Shown piece after piece: positions 1 through 10,455 of a stretch of DNA of 64,000 nucleotides. The translations under genes and the position numbers were made by a program. Positions within the stretch are counted from its first letter, which is position 1. Each line of letters opens with the position of its first letter. The DNA is from an uncultured Pelagibacteraceae bacterium (GTDB lineage: Bacteria > Pseudomonadota > Alphaproteobacteria > Pelagibacterales > Pelagibacteraceae): positions 20,100 through 84,099 of the forward strand of contig CACJUF010000002.1 in assembly GCA_902596515.1 (NCBI GenBank). Reading direction: 5' to 3'. The notes beneath the pieces are model-generated. The model searched no databases and was not told where the DNA came from. It saw nothing but the letters and a program-made list of their open reading frames with translations.

Positions 1-1
1 T

Positions 2-637
2 AAAAAAATTGATTTAGTTCCAACTCAAAATGAAAATAAAACTAGTAGTGTTGAAAAAATAGTTTCTCAATCTTTTGCAAAATCTGAAAATTCTGGAAAA
101 AGATTTAGCATGCCTGATAGGAGAAAAGGATATATTCAAAAAGCAACAATTGGCGACCATAAAGTTTATTTACACACTGGTGAGTATGAGGATGGTAAAA
201 TTGGAGAAATCTTTATTGATACAAGTAAAGAGGGAGAGCTAGTTAAAGCTTTAATGAATAATTTTGCTATCGCTGTTTCGCTTGGTCTTCAATATGGAGT
301 ACCATTAGACGAGTTTGTAAGTGCATTTATAGGAACTAAATTTGAGCCATCTGGTAAAGTAAATGGAAACGACAGAATTTTAAGTGCCTCCTCAATTCTA
401 GATTACATATTTAGGGAACTGGCGATTTCATATCTAAACAGAGAAGATTTAGCACATACTCCTTCAATAGGTAATTTAGATGTTTCATCTAAAGATGAAA
501 AAGGTTCTGATGAACAAAATCAATTACTTAAAATAGTAAAAGATATAACAAGTAAAGGATTTGTTAGAAATAATTACAAGAAAAACCTTGTAGATTTATC
601 AGATATTAAAATTAATCTTAAAGGTAAAAAGCTTTAG
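2..637 (+). CDS. nrdJ: 3' end of a class II ribonucleotide reductase-like gene (TSCPD-type C-terminal domain); runs off the left edge
   Basis: Frame is open from position 2 (KKIDLVPTQ...[12 protein letters not shown]). [29 protein letters not shown] and [20 protein letters not shown] match the alphaproteobacterial NrdJ C-terminus. The catalytic core is not visible. Confidence 0.75.
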   Translation, partial: KKIDLVPTQNENKTSSVEKIVSQSFAKSENSGKRFSMPDRRKGYIQKATIGDHKVYLHTGEYEDGKIGEIFIDTSKEGELVKALMNNFAIAVSLGLQYGVPLDEFVSAFIGTKFEPSGKVNGNDRILSASSILDYIFRELAISYLNREDLAHTPSIGNLDVSSKDEKGSDEQNQLLKIVKDITSKGFVRNNYKKNLVDLSDIKINLKGKKL

Positions 638-881
638 ATTCGAATCATTTATTTAGGAATTTTTATTTAGACTTAGTGAGTTTTTTAAATTTTCAAGAAA
701 ATAAGAGTCCAAGCTGTGGTGATATTGATTGCACCAGAAATTCAACCTGAATACTTATATAATTGATATAAAATATTTAAAATTTGATAAAATATAATCA
801 ACCAAATCTTAGTTAAAAATTAGTTAAGATAATTAGGTTCAAAGAGAATATAATATAGTATAAATTTTACTAATCACCTTA

Positions 882-2261
882 ATGAACAAAATTTTATCTA
901 AATACACTCCAATATTATTTATATTTTCTTCAATATTGTTTTTGCTATATGTTTTTTATAAAGCTGAATACGTTCATAACGGATCAAAAACACATTATTA
1001 TAAAATATATTATATAATAGGTATATCTTTTTTATTTCTTTCAATTTTTAATTTCTTTTTAAGTGAGGAATCAAAAATAAAAATTTCGATTATTGTTTTA
1101 TCTTCTATATTTTCTTTGTACCTTATTGAAGTTTTTTTTTTAGTTTCTGGGCTTGGAGATAAAAATAATAGAGCAGCAGATAGTTCTGTCATACAAATTA
1201 AGCTTAAAAAAGACCCTAATTTTGATACACGATCACTCGTTGAAGTATATGAAGATATGAAGATTAAGAATAAAAACGTTGTATTAGCAATTTATCCGGG
1301 AAGTTTTGTAAAAGATAGTGGTCAATTATTTCCCTTAGCGGGTATATCTAATAAAAAAACAATTTTATGTAATGAAAATGGTTATTACGCTACATATCAA
1401 AGCGATCGTTATGGATTTAATAATCCCGATAGTGAATGGGATAAAAAACAAATCGCTTTTTTTCTTGTTGGAGACTCTTTTGTTCACGGATCTTGTGTAA
1501 ATGAAAAAGATACAATTAGCGGTAATATAAGAAAAAAAATTAAATCAGGTTCTGTTCTTAATCTTGGATATGGAGATGATGGTCCTTTATCGGAATATGC
1601 AACTCTCAGAGAATATCTACCTTTAACAAATACAAAAAAAGTAATTTGGGTTTACTATGAAGGTAATGACCTAAGAAATTTAAATTCAGAAATAAATAAT
1701 CTCACTTTACAAAATTATTTAAGTGATAAAGAATTTACTCAAAATCTACCTTTAAGACAAAATGATGTTGATATGAGGCTTAGAGAATTCCTTGAAAAAG
1801 AAAAATTATCAGTGCAGCAATTTCATAAAACTAATCCATTATTAAGATTTATCAAATTATCATTTTTTAGAAGATATACTACTGAAAGAATATTTTCTGT
1901 TACACCGCCGGATATTGATGAGATTTTAGATGAATTTACTAAAATAATTTCATTATCAAAAAGTTTAACACAAAAACAGGGTGCAAAATTTTATTTTGTG
2001 TATCTTCCTGACTCTAAAAGATATTTCGAAACTAATAAAAATACCAATGATTATAGAAATTACGAAAAGATAATCGATATTGTAAAAAAATTAGATGTAC
2101 CCATAATAGATATTAACAAAGAATTACATTTGACTGTTGAAGATTCTTTGGAATTGTATCCATTAAGAATGACAGGTCATTATAATGAATTAGGTTACAG
2201 ATTGGTAGCTGAAACAATTTTGAAAAAAATAGGTGAATACGATCGGTTAGACCAAGAGTAA
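882..2261 (+). CDS. Membrane-anchored SGNH/GDSL-like hydrolase or O-acetyltransferase
   Basis: Three N-terminal hydrophobic segments; GDSFVHG (block I), NLGYGDDGP, YEGNDL and GHYNELGY motifs. Confidence 0.65.
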   Translation: MNKILSKYTPILFIFSSILFLLYVFYKAEYVHNGSKTHYYKIYYIIGISFLFLSIFNFFLSEESKIKISIIVLSSIFSLYLIEVFFLVSGLGDKNNRAADSSVIQIKLKKDPNFDTRSLVEVYEDMKIKNKNVVLAIYPGSFVKDSGQLFPLAGISNKKTILCNENGYYATYQSDRYGFNNPDSEWDKKQIAFFLVGDSFVHGSCVNEKDTISGNIRKKIKSGSVLNLGYGDDGPLSEYATLREYLPLTNTKKVIWVYYEGNDLRNLNSEINNLTLQNYLSDKEFTQNLPLRQNDVDMRLREFLEKEKLSVQQFHKTNPLLRFIKLSFFRRYTTERIFSVTPPDIDEILDEFTKIISLSKSLTQKQGAKFYFVYLPDSKRYFETNKNTNDYRNYEKIIDIVKKLDVPIIDINKELHLTVEDSLELYPLRMTGHYNELGYRLVAETILKKIGEYDRLDQE

Positions 2262-2306
2262 TTCGTGTTTATCACAACAATACACTGTGTGATGCCATTA
2301 AAAAAA

Positions 2307-4091
2307 TTATTTTTTACTTTTTATAGATAAATTTAACTCTTTAAGTTGATTTTCACTTACACTAGAGGGTGCATTCATCATCAAATCCTGTGCATTTTGA
2401 TTCATTGGAAACATTGTGACTTCTCGAATATTTTTTTCATTTGCTAGTAACATAATTATTCTATCAATGCCTGGAGCAATGCCTCCATGAGGTGGAGCAC
2501 CATAACTTAAAGCATTTATCATCCCGCTAAATTTGTGATCAACTTCGGATCTAGAGTAACCTGCAACATTAAATAATTTATACATTAGATCTGGTATATG
2601 ATTTCTTATCGCACCCGAGGATAATTCTATTCCATTACACACAATATCATATTGATATGCGAGTATATCTAATGGTTTTTCAAAATTAATTTTATTAACA
2701 TCTCCTTGTGGCATTGAAAAAGGATTATGACTGAATTTAATTTTGTTTGTTTGATTATCTATTTCATACATTGGATAATCTACAATCCAACAGAATGCGA
2801 AAACGTTTTCATCGATTAAACCCAAATCTTTTCCAATTTTATCTCTAGCTAACGCAGTTATCTTTTCTACCTCTTCTAATTTACCACAGGCAAGAAAAAT
2901 ACTGTCACCTACTTTTGCTTCAGTTTTAATCATTATTTCATTTAGTGAGTCTTTTGAAAAAAATTTGCCTACTGGACCTTTCGCTGAAATTTCTTTTTCT
3001 TTTTCAATGGTAAAATAAGCGAGTCCTGAAGCGCCTTGTTCCTTAGCCCATTTATCAATATTATCAAAAAAACTTCTTGGTTTATCTTTTGTATTTTTTG
3101 TAACAATGCATCTGACTTTAGATCCAGATTTAACTAGTTTTTTAAATATTTCAAAAGAAACATCTTCTCTTAAAAAAATTTCAGTGATGTCAGTAATAAT
3201 TAATGGATTTCTTAAGTCTGGTTTATCAGTTCCATATTTAATCATTGACTCTTTAAATGAAATTCTTGGGAACTGATTAAACAATAATTTTTTATTTGAA
3301 AACTTTTTGAATGTATTAAGAAATAACTTCTCTACTACATTAAATACATCTTCTTGCTCAACAAAAGACATTTCTAAATCTAATTGATAAAACTCCCCAG
3401 GACTTCTATCTGCTCTTGCATCTTCATCTCTAAAACAAGGTGCGATCTGAAAATATTTATCAAAGCCAGAGACCATCACTAATTGTTTAAATTGTTGAGG
3501 TGCTTGTGGAAGCGCATAAAATTTTCCAGGGTTTAATCTGCTTGGTACTAAAAAATCTCTTGCTCCCTCTGGACTTGATGAAGTCAAAATTGGTGTTTGA
3601 AATTCTAAAAACCCTAACTTATTCATTTCATTCCTAATGAATGAGATTACTTTTGATCTTAATATAATGTTTTCATGAATTTTTTTTCTTCTTAAATCTA
3701 AAAAACGATACTTTAGTCTTATTTCTTCAGCATACTCTATATCAGTGAAAACTGGTAAAGGAAGTTCCTTACATTCACCAATAACTTGAAAATTTTTAAT
3801 TTCTACTTCAATTTCTCCAGTTTCAATATCTTTATTAATTGTGTCCTTTGATCTTTCAACTACTTTTCCATCAATTTTAATTACCGTTTCTAATTGTATT
3901 TTTTCCAACTTTTTAAAATGAGAATTTTCTTTATCAATAATACACTGCGTTATTCCGTAATTATCTCTTAAATCTATGAATAAAAGATTTCCATGATCTC
4001 TTTTTTTATTTATCCATCCTGAAAGAATTACTTCGTCTCCAACTTTTTCTTTTCTTAATTCGTTACATTTATGAGTTCTAAATTTGCTCAA
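2307..4091 (-). CDS. aspS: Aspartyl-tRNA synthetase, probably non-discriminating (Asp/Asn)
   Basis: TTG start; RDHG..FIDLRD, LPQAPQQFKQL, FRDED.RADR, GAPPHGGIA.G.DR. His in RDHG is typical of ND-AspRS. Confidence 0.97.
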   Translation of the reverse strand: MSKFRTHKCNELRKEKVGDEVILSGWINKKRDHGNLLFIDLRDNYGITQCIIDKENSHFKKLEKIQLETVIKIDGKVVERSKDTINKDIETGEIEVEIKNFQVIGECKELPLPVFTDIEYAEEIRLKYRFLDLRRKKIHENIILRSKVISFIRNEMNKLGFLEFQTPILTSSSPEGARDFLVPSRLNPGKFYALPQAPQQFKQLVMVSGFDKYFQIAPCFRDEDARADRSPGEFYQLDLEMSFVEQEDVFNVVEKLFLNTFKKFSNKKLLFNQFPRISFKESMIKYGTDKPDLRNPLIITDITEIFLREDVSFEIFKKLVKSGSKVRCIVTKNTKDKPRSFFDNIDKWAKEQGASGLAYFTIEKEKEISAKGPVGKFFSKDSLNEIMIKTEAKVGDSIFLACGKLEEVEKITALARDKIGKDLGLIDENVFAFCWIVDYPMYEIDNQTNKIKFSHNPFSMPQGDVNKINFEKPLDILAYQYDIVCNGIELSSGAIRNHIPDLMYKLFNVAGYSRSEVDHKFSGMINALSYGAPPHGGIAPGIDRIIMLLANEKNIREVTMFPMNQNAQDLMMNAPSSVSENQLKELNLSIKSKK

Positions 4092-4754
4092 TTATTCTCC
4101 CAATACTTCTTTTATAATTTTAAAATCAATTGATTTTTTTTTTTTTAAACTTAATTGATCGATCTTATATATGAAATCAAAAATTTTACTATATGATCTC
4201 TCAATTCTTTTAATGATAAACTCAATGAATTTATCATCAAGAGAGATTTGTCGATCAGATAAATTTTTTAATATAATAGCAAATATCAACTCATCATCAG
4301 GTTTTTCGATATTTAATAAGATAAAATTTTTTGCTCTAGACTTTAAGTCTTTTAAATCAAAAAGGATATTAACTATTGGTTTTGTTGATGTTACAATAAT
4401 AAATTTATTATCTTGTTCAATTAAATTAAAAAGACTGTAAAGTAATTTTTCATTAACGTCTGAAGACAAATTTTCAATTACAATGTTTTCATAAATCTTT
4501 ATTTTTTTTAAATCATCATTTTGTAAAGATTTTCCCTCGAACTTGATACCTTTGTTTTTTTGTAAAAAAATATTCATAAGATGAGTTTTCCCAGAAAGCT
4601 TTTCCCCAGATACATTAACGAAATTTCTCTCCCATTTTGGCCATATATTTAAAAAATCAAAAACGTGTTTATTACTTTTAGAGAGATAGAAGTCCTCATT
4701 TTTGAGATTTTTGTCATGATCAAATTTGATTACTGTTTGATCTAAGTCTCTCAT
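4092..4754 (-). CDS. hda: Hda-like DnaA-family AAA+ protein
   Basis: Walker A-like SGEKLSGKTHL, DLKSR motif, IERSYS; 220 aa; typical location near purM. Confidence 0.75.
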   Translation of the reverse strand: MRDLDQTVIKFDHDKNLKNEDFYLSKSNKHVFDFLNIWPKWERNFVNVSGEKLSGKTHLMNIFLQKNKGIKFEGKSLQNDDLKKIKIYENIVIENLSSDVNEKLLYSLFNLIEQDNKFIIVTSTKPIVNILFDLKDLKSRAKNFILLNIEKPDDELIFAIILKNLSDRQISLDDKFIEFIIKRIERSYSKIFDFIYKIDQLSLKKKKSIDFKIIKEVLGE

Positions 4755-5812
4755 TCAATTATCCAAACTTTTTTTTGCGTGTTAAGATTATATTTTTTAT
4801 TTTTCATTATATTAATAAAATTTTGGACTGTTCCATTAAATAAAACTTCGTAAAATATAAATTCTTTGTCAAATTTTTGTATATAATAATCGCTTACCAT
4901 ATCTATTTCATTTAAAAATAACTCAAAATTATTTGATTTTTTCAAATCTTCATTTTTAATTTTTATTGTAATTGGAACTTTTATTGAAGTATTTATTTCA
5001 TTTAATTTTTTCCAAGTATCTTCATATAGATTTTTCAAATTCTCGATTAAGAAATTAAGATCTTTTTCGTTATCGATATTTATATTTTTGAAAGTATCAT
5101 TTTTTATTATCTCATTTTTGTCGTTGTAAATTTTTGTTAAAATTCTTAATTCATTATTCCCCTTAAAAATTAAAGAAATGATAGAATTCTTTAAAAAGTA
5201 TTTTTTTGTAATTTCATTAAAATTATAAGTTTCTATAACGTCTATTTTTTTTTTTATAAGATTAAAGTCCTCAAGATCCTCTGAGGGAAGTAAATAATTA
5301 ATTAATTGATATCTTTTGTTTATTTTATTCCAATTTGCATAAATCGGATTATTTGAAAAAATTGAGAGATTATTTCCGTTTTCACCTATTATGATTGGAA
5401 TAAATAGAAATTGCTCTTTAATTATTTGTGATGGAAAAATATTTTTTTTTTCTAAATATCTAAAAATTTTTTTTTTATTAAATGAAACACCAAGATTTAC
5501 ATAATATTTTTGATCTATAAATTTTTCTTCTTTAATCGAGAATGTTTCAATCATACCTTTGATTTCATTCAACCTAATATTATCGATTTTTTTGAAATCT
5601 TGAGATTTGATTAAAGAATAAACTAATTCGAAAAAAGCTTTCTCAAAACCTAAATCAATTACCTTATTTTTATCAAAATTGATTTCAAATGGCTGAGCAA
5701 TTTCAATACCATTGATTTCAAAAGATTTTGCTTTAACAGCCTCTGTGGAAAAAAAAAATATTATTAAAGCTAGAGTAGAAAAAAAAATATATAAACGTTT
5801 GATATAATACAT
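4751..5812 (-). CDS. Exported hypothetical protein, DUF2066-like
   Basis: Signal peptide ending AVKA; lies between hda-like and purM as in other alphaproteobacteria. Confidence 0.55.
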   Translation of the reverse strand: MYYIKRLYIFFSTLALIIFFFSTEAVKAKSFEINGIEIAQPFEINFDKNKVIDLGFEKAFFELVYSLIKSQDFKKIDNIRLNEIKGMIETFSIKEEKFIDQKYYVNLGVSFNKKKIFRYLEKKNIFPSQIIKEQFLFIPIIIGENGNNLSIFSNNPIYANWNKINKRYQLINYLLPSEDLEDFNLIKKKIDVIETYNFNEITKKYFLKNSIISLIFKGNNELRILTKIYNDKNEIIKNDTFKNINIDNEKDLNFLIENLKNLYEDTWKKLNEINTSIKVPITIKIKNEDLKKSNNFELFLNEIDMVSDYYIQKFDKEFIFYEVLFNGTVQNFINIMKNKKYNLNTQKKVWIIE

Positions 5813-5835
5813 ACTTAAATTTAAAACCTATATTA

Positions 5836-6864
5836 ATGAATAAAAATCTCTTTACCTATAAAAAAAGTGGGGTCAATATTGATGCTGCAGATAAATTTGT
5901 AAGCTACATATCTAATATTTCATCAAAAAAAAGAGGCAAAAAAAAGAATACTTACATTGGTGGCTTTGGTTCCGTCACAGATTTACCCAAGGATATAAAA
6001 AATCCAAAAATTGTGGCTTGCACTGACGGTGTTGGAACTAAAATTGAAGTAGCAAACTTACTAAATAAGTATGACACCATAGGAATAGATCTGGTCGCTA
6101 TGAGCGTAAATGATTTAATTGTGCAGGGAGCAAAACCATTATTTTTTTTGGACTATATTTCAATTAATAAGATTGATTTAAAAAAAATGAAGTCAATTCT
6201 TCGTGGAATAGTCAAGGGATGTGATATTTCACAATGTAGTTTAGTAGGTGGAGAAACTGCCGAGATGCCTGGTACTTACACAAAAGGTAAATTTGATATA
6301 GCTGGTTTTGCGGTTGGTGTTACTAATAATAAAAAAATACTTAATAAAAAAAAAATAAAAAAAGGAGATTTAATTTTAGCTGTTCCATCAAGTGGCTTAC
6401 ATTCAAATGGTTTTTCATTGGTAAGACATCTATTAAAAATAAAAAAAATAAATATTAATAAAAATACATTTCTTAAAAAAGAATTAATAAGGCCAACTAA
6501 AATCTATGTAAAAGAAATCTTAAATCTTGTTAACAAAAATTTATTAAATGGTTGTGCTAATATTACTGGTGGTGGATTGGCTGATAACATTAGCAGAGTT
6601 ATTCCTGAGAAATTATGTGCAGAAATAAATTTAAATAAAATTAAACCTCTAAAGATTTTTAATTGGCTTAAAAAAAATAAAATCAGTGATAAAGAAATGC
6701 TCAAAACTTTTAATTGTGGAGTTGGATTTTGTTTAATAATTAACCCTAAAAACATAAGCAAAGTTAAAAAATATTTTTTAAAAGAATATAAACCTTATGT
6801 TATCGGAAAAGTTTCTAAAAATATAAATAAAGTAAGACTTAATGGTAAAGTCAACTGGCTATAA
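5836..6864 (+). CDS. purM: Phosphoribosylformylglycinamidine cyclo-ligase
   Basis: YKKSGVNIDA, TDGVGTK, GGETAEMPG, SSGLHSNGFSL, NITGGG. Confidence 0.97.
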   Translation: MNKNLFTYKKSGVNIDAADKFVSYISNISSKKRGKKKNTYIGGFGSVTDLPKDIKNPKIVACTDGVGTKIEVANLLNKYDTIGIDLVAMSVNDLIVQGAKPLFFLDYISINKIDLKKMKSILRGIVKGCDISQCSLVGGETAEMPGTYTKGKFDIAGFAVGVTNNKKILNKKKIKKGDLILAVPSSGLHSNGFSLVRHLLKIKKININKNTFLKKELIRPTKIYVKEILNLVNKNLLNGCANITGGGLADNISRVIPEKLCAEINLNKIKPLKIFNWLKKNKISDKEMLKTFNCGVGFCLIINPKNISKVKKYFLKEYKPYVIGKVSKNINKVRLNGKVNWL

Positions 6865-7423
6865 AATAGTTAAAACTGCAGTTTTTATTTCAGGAACTGG
6901 AAGTAATTTAAAATCTTTAATAAAATTTTCTAAAACAAATCTATCACCAATATCAATTGATTTAATTGTTTCAAACAATCCAAAAGCTAAGGGTTTAAAA
7001 TATGGAAAAATATTCAAAATTAGAAAAAAAATATTTAATTTTGAGAAAAAAAATCAAAGTGAAAGCAAGATACTTGCCACTTTTAAGCGCTATGACATTA
7101 AGATGGTTTTGTTAGCCGGATTTATGAAAATTTTGTCAAAAAAATTTATTACTAAATTTAATGGTAAGATTTTAAATATTCATCCTTCATTGCTACCTAA
7201 ATATAAGGGGTTAAACACTCATCAAAGAGTCTTAGACAATAAAGAAAAATATTCAGGTTGTACTGTGCATTTTGTCAATTCAAAGTTGGATTCTGGAAAA
7301 ATAATTTTACAAAAAAAAATCAAAATTTCTAAGACTGAAACAAAGAATTCTCTTGCTAAAAAAATACTTGTTCAAGAGCATAAACTTTATCCTAAAGCTA
7401 TTTTAAAAGTTTTTAATCTTTAA
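6842..7423 (+). CDS. purN: Phosphoribosylglycinamide formyltransferase
   Basis: ISGTGSNL, LAGFMKIL, NIHPSLLP, GCTVHFV..LDSG. Confidence 0.97.
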   Translation: MVKSTGYKIVKTAVFISGTGSNLKSLIKFSKTNLSPISIDLIVSNNPKAKGLKYGKIFKIRKKIFNFEKKNQSESKILATFKRYDIKMVLLAGFMKILSKKFITKFNGKILNIHPSLLPKYKGLNTHQRVLDNKEKYSGCTVHFVNSKLDSGKIILQKKIKISKTETKNSLAKKILVQEHKLYPKAILKVFNL

Positions 7424-7823
7424 AAAAAAAATCTATTTCTATTTTAGCGTTATCAACACTATCAGATCCATGCACAGAATTTTTATCAATTGAAATTCCA
7501 TATTTGTTTCGAATAGTTCCTTCCTTAGCATCTTTTGGATTTGTAGCGCCCATAAGTTCTCTGTTTCCTTTTACTGCATTCTCTTTTTGAAGAACCATAA
7601 CCAATATTGGACCTGATGAAAGATATGCACATAAATCATTATAAAAGGGTTTGGTCTCATGGACTTTATAAAATTTTTCAGCCTCAGATTTGTCGATTTG
7701 AATTTTTTTTTCTTTAAGAATAATAAATCCATTATTCTTAAAAATTTCTTTAATTTCATTTTCAAGATTTCTTTCTAGAGCATCTGGTTTAATAATAGAC
7801 AAAGTTTTCTCAATATTACTCAT
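7413..7823 (-). CDS. ndk: Nucleoside diphosphate kinase
   Basis: [26 protein letters not shown]. Confidence 0.97.
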   Translation of the reverse strand: MSNIEKTLSIIKPDALERNLENEIKEIFKNNGFIILKEKKIQIDKSEAEKFYKVHETKPFYNDLCAYLSSGPILVMVLQKENAVKGNRELMGATNPKDAKEGTIRNKYGISIDKNSVHGSDSVDNAKIEIDFFFKD

Positions 7824-9285
7824 AATGATCCACTATAAGTTTATTTAATAATCTAACTCCATAACCTGTTGCACCACCTGAGTTTAAAGCTCCCCCATAT
7901 TTAGAAAATGCCATTCCAGCAATATCTAAATGAGCCCAAGGTGTTTTGTTTAAAATAAATCTTTGTAAGAATTGTGCAGCAGTAGTTGAACCAGCGCCAC
8001 CAACATAATTTATGTTTTGCATATCTGCATTTTTTGAGTCAATTAATTTGTCGTAATTTTTATTTAAAGGCATTCTCCAGACCTTTTCTTCAACATGTTC
8101 ACCAGACTTGATCAACTGTTGAGATAACTTGTCATCATTTGAAAATAAACCTGCATATTCAGAACCTAGAGAAACAATGATAGCCCCTGTTAAAGTTGCT
8201 AAATCAACAATAAACTTAGGTTTAAACTTTTCCTCGGTAAAAGTAAGTGCATCTGCAAGTACCAATCTACCTTCTGCATCAGTGTTTAAAATTTCAACTG
8301 TTTTACCGCTATAAGATTTGACGATATCCCCAGGTCTTTGAGCATTACCTCCCGGCATATTCTCAACTAATCCAACTACTCCAACTGCGTTTATTTTTGC
8401 TTTTCTTAAAGCTAAACTTTTCATTAATCCAACAACTACTGCAGATCCAGCCATATCATAAGTCATATCCTCCATGAACTTCGCAGGCTTTAAAGATATA
8501 CCACCAGTATCAAAACAAACACCTTTACCAACAAAAGCTAAAGGTTTAGATTTATTATTTAATCCATTCCATTCCATAGTAACAAGATAAGAACCTCTAA
8601 TACTCCCTTGACCAACACCGAGCAAGGTATTCATACCAAGTTTTTTTAATTCCTTTTCATCATAAATCTTAATTTTTAACCCAAACTTACTTAAAGATTT
8701 TATTCTTCTAGCATACTCGTCTGGATGTAAAACATTTCCAGGCTCTGATACCAAATCTCGGGTATAAAAAGTTCCTTCCTCTAAAGAATTAAATTTTAAT
8801 TGATCTTTAGGACTAGGTATATTTTTACCCACTAAATTTAAAGAGATGTTACCTTTAACTTTTTTAGTCTTATATTTTTCAAATTTGTAAGATTTTAGTT
8901 TAATTCCATGAAGAAAATATCCAACAATATTTTTAAATCCACTGGGTACACTGTCTGTGTTAACAATATATTCTATTTCCTTTAACTCATTTAAAATAAC
9001 ATAACATTCAGCACCTAAATTCTCTAAGTCAGAGTCGGTAAGATTTCTTTTAAGTGAAACTAAAATTATTTTCTTTTTTGAACTTACATCAAAAGTAAGT
9101 ATTTTTTTTTTATCATCTCTTTTATTAAGCAAATCTGAAATATAAGAATATTCAGAATTAGAAATATGTTTTTTAATACCTGTAATATTGAATTTTTGGT
9201 CTGCAAATAATATTAAATTTGCATTAGATTTATTAAAACCTTGTTTTTTAAAAATAACTTTAATATTCATAAAAATTAAATACAA
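7816..9285 (-). CDS. pepA: Leucyl aminopeptidase (M17); likelier start is ATG at 9270
   Basis: [43 protein letters not shown]. Confidence 0.96.
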   Translation of the reverse strand: MYLIFMNIKVIFKKQGFNKSNANLILFADQKFNITGIKKHISNSEYSYISDLLNKRDDKKKILTFDVSSKKKIILVSLKRNLTDSDLENLGAECYVILNELKEIEYIVNTDSVPSGFKNIVGYFLHGIKLKSYKFEKYKTKKVKGNISLNLVGKNIPSPKDQLKFNSLEEGTFYTRDLVSEPGNVLHPDEYARRIKSLSKFGLKIKIYDEKELKKLGMNTLLGVGQGSIRGSYLVTMEWNGLNNKSKPLAFVGKGVCFDTGGISLKPAKFMEDMTYDMAGSAVVVGLMKSLALRKAKINAVGVVGLVENMPGGNAQRPGDIVKSYSGKTVEILNTDAEGRLVLADALTFTEEKFKPKFIVDLATLTGAIIVSLGSEYAGLFSNDDKLSQQLIKSGEHVEEKVWRMPLNKNYDKLIDSKNADMQNINYVGGAGSTTAAQFLQRFILNKTPWAHLDIAGMAFSKYGGALNSGGATGYGVRLLNKLIVDHYE

Positions 9286-9330
9286 TCTGTAAGAGATAGT
9301 GCTATATATGATTAAAACAATTATATTTCA

Positions 9331-10455
9331 ATGGAAAAAATACTTTTTAGAAAACTAATTTTAGACATATCTCTTAGGGCTTTGATTATCACATTTACCA
9401 TAGGTTTAATCGTTTGGATTATTCAGGCAGCAAACTATCTGGATTTTGTGATTGATGATGGTCATAATTTCACAATCTATTTTTATTACAATTTATTTAA
9501 TTTTCCAAAAATAATTCATAGAATTCTACCTTTTGTGTTTGGCATTTCAATTTTTTTTGAATTAATCAAATATGAAAAAAATAATGAATTACTTATATTT
9601 TGGACTAATGGTATTACCAAAAAAAAATTTATTTCTAATTTAGTTAATTTTTCTATAATTGTCATGCTTCTACAAATTTTACTAGGAAGCGTGATATCTC
9701 CATCAAGTCAATTAAAGGCTAGAGAATTTTTAAAAAATTCAAATATGGATTTTCTACCCAATTTGATTAAGCAAGGAAAATTCATAGACACTGTTTCTGG
9801 ATTAACAATATTTATAAATGAAAAAACAGATAAAAATTCTTTCAAAAACATCTATATTCAAGAAGGAAATATATTGGATTTAACATCTGATAATAATCAA
9901 ATAATCTATGCTAAAGAAGGTTTTTTAGATAATACAGATAATAAAATTTTTAAATTATTAAAAGGTAAAATAATTAGTACTAATAATAATAAGTTAATAA
10001 GTTTTGAATTTGATAAAATAGATTATGATCTATCAAAGTTTGAGTCTAGAACTATTAAGATTGCAAAAATGCAAGAATTGCCTACAAGAAAAATTATAGA
10101 ATGCTCAATTAGTCTGTTGAGAGATATAAGTTATAGGGAAAAAATGTTTCTTTGTGATCCTGGTAGTCTTAAAAATATTAATCAAGAAATTTATAAAAGA
10201 TTTATAAAACCAATGTACTTTCCACTTTTAACATTAGTATGTTGTTTTTTGTTAACCTTTTCAAAAATTGAAAATAATTTTTCTTTTAAATTAATAAAAG
10301 TTTTTTTATGTATTTTCTCAATTTTGGTCCTATCAGAAATTTTAATGAGATATATAGAAAGTTCACAATCATTATTTATACTAGTTATTATTCTTCCAGT
10401 AATAATTTTTTATTTAATTTATAATTTTTTAATTTCAAAAGTTAGTTATGGTTAA
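9331..10455 (+). CDS. lptF: LPS export permease LptF
   Basis: YjgP/YjgQ-type topology (NELLIFWTNG, six TM segments); first gene of the lptFG-lptD-surA-pdxA-rsmA cluster. Confidence 0.8.
   Translation: MEKILFRKLILDISLRALIITFTIGLIVWIIQAANYLDFVIDDGHNFTIYFYYNLFNFPKIIHRILPFVFGISIFFELIKYEKNNELLIFWTNGITKKKFISNLVNFSIIVMLLQILLGSVISPSSQLKAREFLKNSNMDFLPNLIKQGKFIDTVSGLTIFINEKTDKNSFKNIYIQEGNILDLTSDNNQIIYAKEGFLDNTDNKIFKLLKGKIISTNNNKLISFEFDKIDYDLSKFESRTIKIAKMQELPTRKIIECSISLLRDISYREKMFLCDPGSLKNINQEIYKRFIKPMYFPLLTLVCCFLLTFSKIENNFSFKLIKVFLCIFSILVLSEILMRYIESSQSLFILVIILPVIIFYLIYNFLISKVSYG

Noticed and set aside
628-750. Alternative-frame Cys-containing stretch after nrdJ (KALDSNH...SPSCGDIDCTRNST) as a frameshifted tail
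   Set aside because: T_AAA_AAG is not a full slippery heptamer, the Cys spacing is not CxxC, and there is no start codon.
809-827. TTAGTTAA direct repeat forming TTAA-N7-TTAA (CtrA-like)
   Set aside because: Expected by chance at this AT content; no evidence for CtrA here.
638-881. Possible decayed gene in the nrdJ-SGNH gap
   Set aside because: All frames give short, stop-interrupted peptides with no recognisable motif.
7816-7823. No holC between pepA and ndk
   Set aside because: Cannot tell loss from relocation without the rest of the genome.
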